64,000 bases of DNA, taken from contig JAVKIH010000007.1 of NCBI GenBank assembly GCA_031459625.1, forward strand, positions 6,173 through 70,172, read 5' to 3'. A program made the position numbers and the translations under genes. Of the stretch, positions 61,196-64,000 are shown in pieces. The notes below the pieces were generated by a model. That model searched no databases. It was not told the DNA's origin and saw only the letters and a program-made list of their open reading frames with translations. Each line of letters starts with the position of its first letter. The first letter of the stretch is position 1. The stretch comes from Candidatus Geohabitans tengchongensis. Its GTDB lineage: Bacteria > Sysuimicrobiota > Sysuimicrobiia > Sysuimicrobiales > Humicultoraceae.

Positions 61196-62668
61196 TCAAG
61201 GTCCCCCTCCCCACCCGGGGGTCCCGTCATGAGCTCCTGCTCCTCCCTGAGAGGTATGTTCGCCCCCGGGGAGGTGGCGGACACTCAGCGCCAGCCCTGC
61301 GACCGTCCAGAAGACGTTGGCCGGGCCGATGTGACTCCAGGCTGATTGCAACCAGAGGGCATAACCGGCCAGTCCGGCAAGCAGGCCCGTGCCGACGCGT
61401 TGGGCCTCCCCTCCGGCCCGTACCGTCGCCAGGAGGGAGCGGAGAACGACGAGCCAGATCCACAGGTAGGCCGCCAGACCGAACAGCCCGGCACTGAAGG
61501 CGATGTGCAGCACCTCGTTGTGCGCCGTGTCGATCCCGGACAGCGCGAACCCGTACAGCTCGAAGTACTCACGGGAGCCAAGACCGGGGAGACGCCCGGC
61601 CAGGCTGGAGAGGCCCCAGCCAAACAGCGGGCGATCCGCGATAAGAGGAAGGATGTGCTTCCAGACAAAGAGCTTCATCCGCAGGGAGTTGTCCGTGCCG
61701 AGGTCTCCAGTAGTCCGCCCGACCAGCTCGCCTCCCGGACCGGTCAGCGTCAGCAGGATCGTGAGGGCCCCGAGGCATGCGCCTACCCCCAGCGCCGGTT
61801 TCCGGGGCATCGGGTGGCGGGGCGGGCGGACCACCAACACGAGGACGGCCAGCACGAAGCCGGCAAACGCGGCTCGCGTCCCCGACGCCACCAGGGCGCC
61901 GTACACCAGCGCCAGGATCCCAAGGAGGAACGACCGGCGCGCGCGTGCCTCGCTGCTGGTCAGGAGGGCTGCCAGCAGCACCGGGATCAGGAGCAGCGTG
62001 TACCCGCCCAGGAAGACGGGGTTCCCAAGCGTGGCGAATGCTCGCCAGCCGAAGTAGGGACGTCCCCGTGATGGGTCGGGGATGACCCCAAAGAAGGCGG
62101 CGGGGTCCACCGGCCGGAACCCCACCCAGCCCAGCGGGTCCGCTCCATAATATTGTGCCAGCCCGATGGCCCCGATGAGGGCGGCACTGGCCACGATGAC
62201 TTTCAGCACAGGCTGCAGACGCTGTGGAGGCAGGCGTGTGGCCGTCCAGGCCATGAGGAGGTAAGCGACATAGGTGAGGAAGCCGTCACCGCGGCTCCTG
62301 GACGGAAAGAAGCTCAAGAAGGGCCGTGGGGCCAGGAGCGTGGCGAGGGCCATCGCCAGCAGGAACGCCACCAGGGGAAGGTCCAGGCGCGACCGAGAGG
62401 CCCGTATCCCTCCGCGCCACAGTCCGTACAGACCGACGAGGCTGAGGAGCGCTGAGAGCAGGGTGAAATCGACTTTGAGGTCATTGGTCGGCATGAGCGG
62501 GGCGACCGCGGCGAAGCCGATGAGCCCGGCCTGCACAGCACCCCATCCGACCGCCGCGGCGCGCGCCCGCTCCGTGACACCGTCAGCCATTCGCCCGACC
62601 GACGGGGCCGCCCGCAGCCCAGTGCCGACCCACCGGCCGCGCAGCCCTGGGGCATTAGAAACCGGCAT
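61196..62668 (-). CDS. O-antigen ligase / O-oligosaccharyltransferase-like (Wzy_C) membrane protein
   Basis: Multi-TM; ATLGNP, SGTRAA, RPLFGWG, AHNEVL..G..GL. Confidence 0.85.
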   Translation of the reverse strand: MPVSNAPGLRGRWVGTGLRAAPSVGRMADGVTERARAAAVGWGAVQAGLIGFAAVAPLMPTNDLKVDFTLLSALLSLVGLYGLWRGGIRASRSRLDLPLVAFLLAMALATLLAPRPFLSFFPSRSRGDGFLTYVAYLLMAWTATRLPPQRLQPVLKVIVASAALIGAIGLAQYYGADPLGWVGFRPVDPAAFFGVIPDPSRGRPYFGWRAFATLGNPVFLGGYTLLLIPVLLAALLTSSEARARRSFLLGILALVYGALVASGTRAAFAGFVLAVLVLVVRPPRHPMPRKPALGVGACLGALTILLTLTGPGGELVGRTTGDLGTDNSLRMKLFVWKHILPLIADRPLFGWGLSSLAGRLPGLGSREYFELYGFALSGIDTAHNEVLHIAFSAGLFGLAAYLWIWLVVLRSLLATVRAGGEAQRVGTGLLAGLAGYALWLQSAWSHIGPANVFWTVAGLALSVRHLPGGEHTSQGGAGAHDGTPGWGGGP

Positions 62669-63419
62669 GGAACGGCCTCCCGTCACGGTGCAGGACGCCT
62701 CGCGGCAGGAGCAGGCGCAGGTACGCCCCGAGCGTCTGACCGAGGCGGATCTTGCTCCGCCCCTGCTTCCGGTCGTACCTCAGGTCCAGCGGGACCTCTC
62801 GCACGCGAGGGCGAAACGGTCGAAGCTTCACGAGGAGCTCGGGCATCACGGCAAATCCTCGTGTCTCCACCAGACGGTTCCCGTAGTGCGCCAACGCCTG
62901 CCGGAGCAGCCCCGCCCGGCAGGCCCGATACCCTGAGGAGTAGTCCCTGACGCCCGGAAGGCGAAACCGGAGCGTGAGTACAACCCTCGCCTGCCAGCTG
63001 AGAAACCGGCGCAGCAGAGGGACCCCGCGCTGCCGACCTCCGGGCGCGTATCGCGAGGCGATCACGACGTCGGCACCGTCCTCAAGGGCCCTGGCCATCG
63101 CAGGGAGCAGCCCCGGTGGGTGGGTGTTGTCCGCATCCATCGTGGCGATGACGTCCTGCCGATCTGCCTGGGCCAGGATGTCGCGCAGCCCGGTGAGGAG
63201 CGCAGCCGGAAGCCCCCGGTTCTGCTCGTGCCCGAGAACCCGGACCGGCAGACGCGCAGCGGCGGCGAGGGCCACCCGGCGCGTCTCGTCCGTGCTCCCA
63301 TCGTCGACAACGACGATCCGGTAAGGGATCCCGCTGCCCCGCAGGGCTCGGTCAATCTCCCCGAAGAGCGCGGGGAGGTTGCGGGCTTCGTTGTACGCGG
63401 GCAGCAGAACCCAGATCAC
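62655..63419 (-). CDS. GT2 polyprenol-phosphate glycosyltransferase (DPM1-like)
   Basis: LPAYNE, VDDGSTD, MDADNTH, IASRY, DYSSGYR. Confidence 0.9.
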   Translation of the reverse strand: MIWVLLPAYNEARNLPALFGEIDRALRGSGIPYRIVVVDDGSTDETRRVALAAAARLPVRVLGHEQNRGLPAALLTGLRDILAQADRQDVIATMDADNTHPPGLLPAMARALEDGADVVIASRYAPGGRQRGVPLLRRFLSWQARVVLTLRFRLPGVRDYSSGYRACRAGLLRQALAHYGNRLVETRGFAVMPELLVKLRPFRPRVREVPLDLRYDRKQGRSKIRLGQTLGAYLRLLLPRGVLHRDGRPFHAGF

Positions 63420-64000
63420 GACGAGCTCTCCTGGTGCTGGTGGCGGCGCGAGAGCCAGAGGAACAGGTAGACCCGGTGGAAGTCCCGACCCCAGGCTTCG
63501 ACGAAGTGGGGGGCCAGCGTCTCGCCGAGGCGCCGGCGTGTCGGGTAGCCCAGGGGCAGCGTGGCCACGATCCACAGGCGGGGGTGGCCGGCGGCCAGCG
63601 CCTGGACCCGACGCGGCGCCAGGGGACCCCCCGGTCCCGTTGCGGCTGGAGCCAGGACCTCGCCGGGGTCCAAGGCCATCGAAGGGATCCTGCGCGGCAG
63701 GTAGTACGTGACGACCTCCGCCCCGGACGCGGGGACGAAGAGCACGATATCACCCGGTCTTAGGTGCGCGTCCAGGTAGCGCGCGGCGGCCCGCCAGTCC
63801 CCGTAGCCGGGCACCCGGTAGTACTCGCTCAGGACGGGGACCACACTCGACACCGGGAGCACCAGCAACGCCGCCAGGGCCCGCCGTTTGTCGGCAAACC
63901 CGGCCGCCAGTGTCCACATCCCGCCGGCCAGGGCCAGGGCGACCGCCGGCAGCACGAACGAGAAGTAGCGGGAGTAGAAGACGTTCCACCTGAGGGAAAC
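63416..64000 (-). CDS. GT-C (ArnT/PMT-like) glycosyltransferase, C-terminal part (partial)
   Basis: SRYFSFVLP, TM helices, DWRAAARYL...PGD, YY; runs off the window end. Confidence 0.7.
   Translation of the reverse strand, partial: VSLRWNVFYSRYFSFVLPAVALALAGGMWTLAAGFADKRRALAALLVLPVSSVVPVLSEYYRVPGYGDWRAAARYLDAHLRPGDIVLFVPASGAEVVTYYLPRRIPSMALDPGEVLAPAATGPGGPLAPRRVQALAAGHPRLWIVATLPLGYPTRRRLGETLAPHFVEAWGRDFHRVYLFLWLSRRHQHQESSS

Overview
Very GC-rich bacterial chromosome segment. A secretin plus Firmicutes/Actinobacteria-like gene order suggests a diderm Terrabacteria lineage, possibly Armatimonadota-like (inference only). 1-9.3 kb: acyl-CoA catabolism cluster with methylmalonyl-CoA mutase (partial), etfAB, acyl-CoA dehydrogenase, two archaeal-type thiolase-fold genes lacking the catalytic Cys plus two DUF35 Zn-ribbon/OB-fold genes, and hbd. 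9.4-27.5 kb: minus-strand housekeeping run (PNK-like kinase, pdp, methyltransferase, punA, deoB, a vapBC-type TA pair, nudF, ilvE, pyrG, nadK, tlyA, ispA, acyP, nusB, efp, pepP, ispE, dxr, ispF, ispD, tatA). 27.5-31 kb: ECF sigma/zinc anti-sigma/RseB-like operon, a TPR protein and a frameshifted lipoprotein. 31-50 kb: type IV pilus locus with pilQ, pilP-like, pilD, a GAF-GGDEF gene, pilMNO and three paralogous minor-pilin cassettes; two PilW-like subunits end in long free Pro-Thr repeat tails. 50-64 kb: polyprenol-phosphate-dependent glycosylation genes (PMT-like, three other GT-C, two GT2, GtrA, O-antigen-ligase-like) interrupted by a moxR-DUF58-transglutaminase triad. That transglutaminase is fused in frame to a complete type IV pilin. 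The best candidates for new biology are this transglutaminase-prepilin polyprotein and the PT-tailed, triplicated pilus-tip cassettes next to a protein O-mannosylation-like toolkit. No rRNA, tRNA, CRISPR array or transposase was recognised. All family calls come from motif recognition by eye, not database searches, and several start codons are best guesses.
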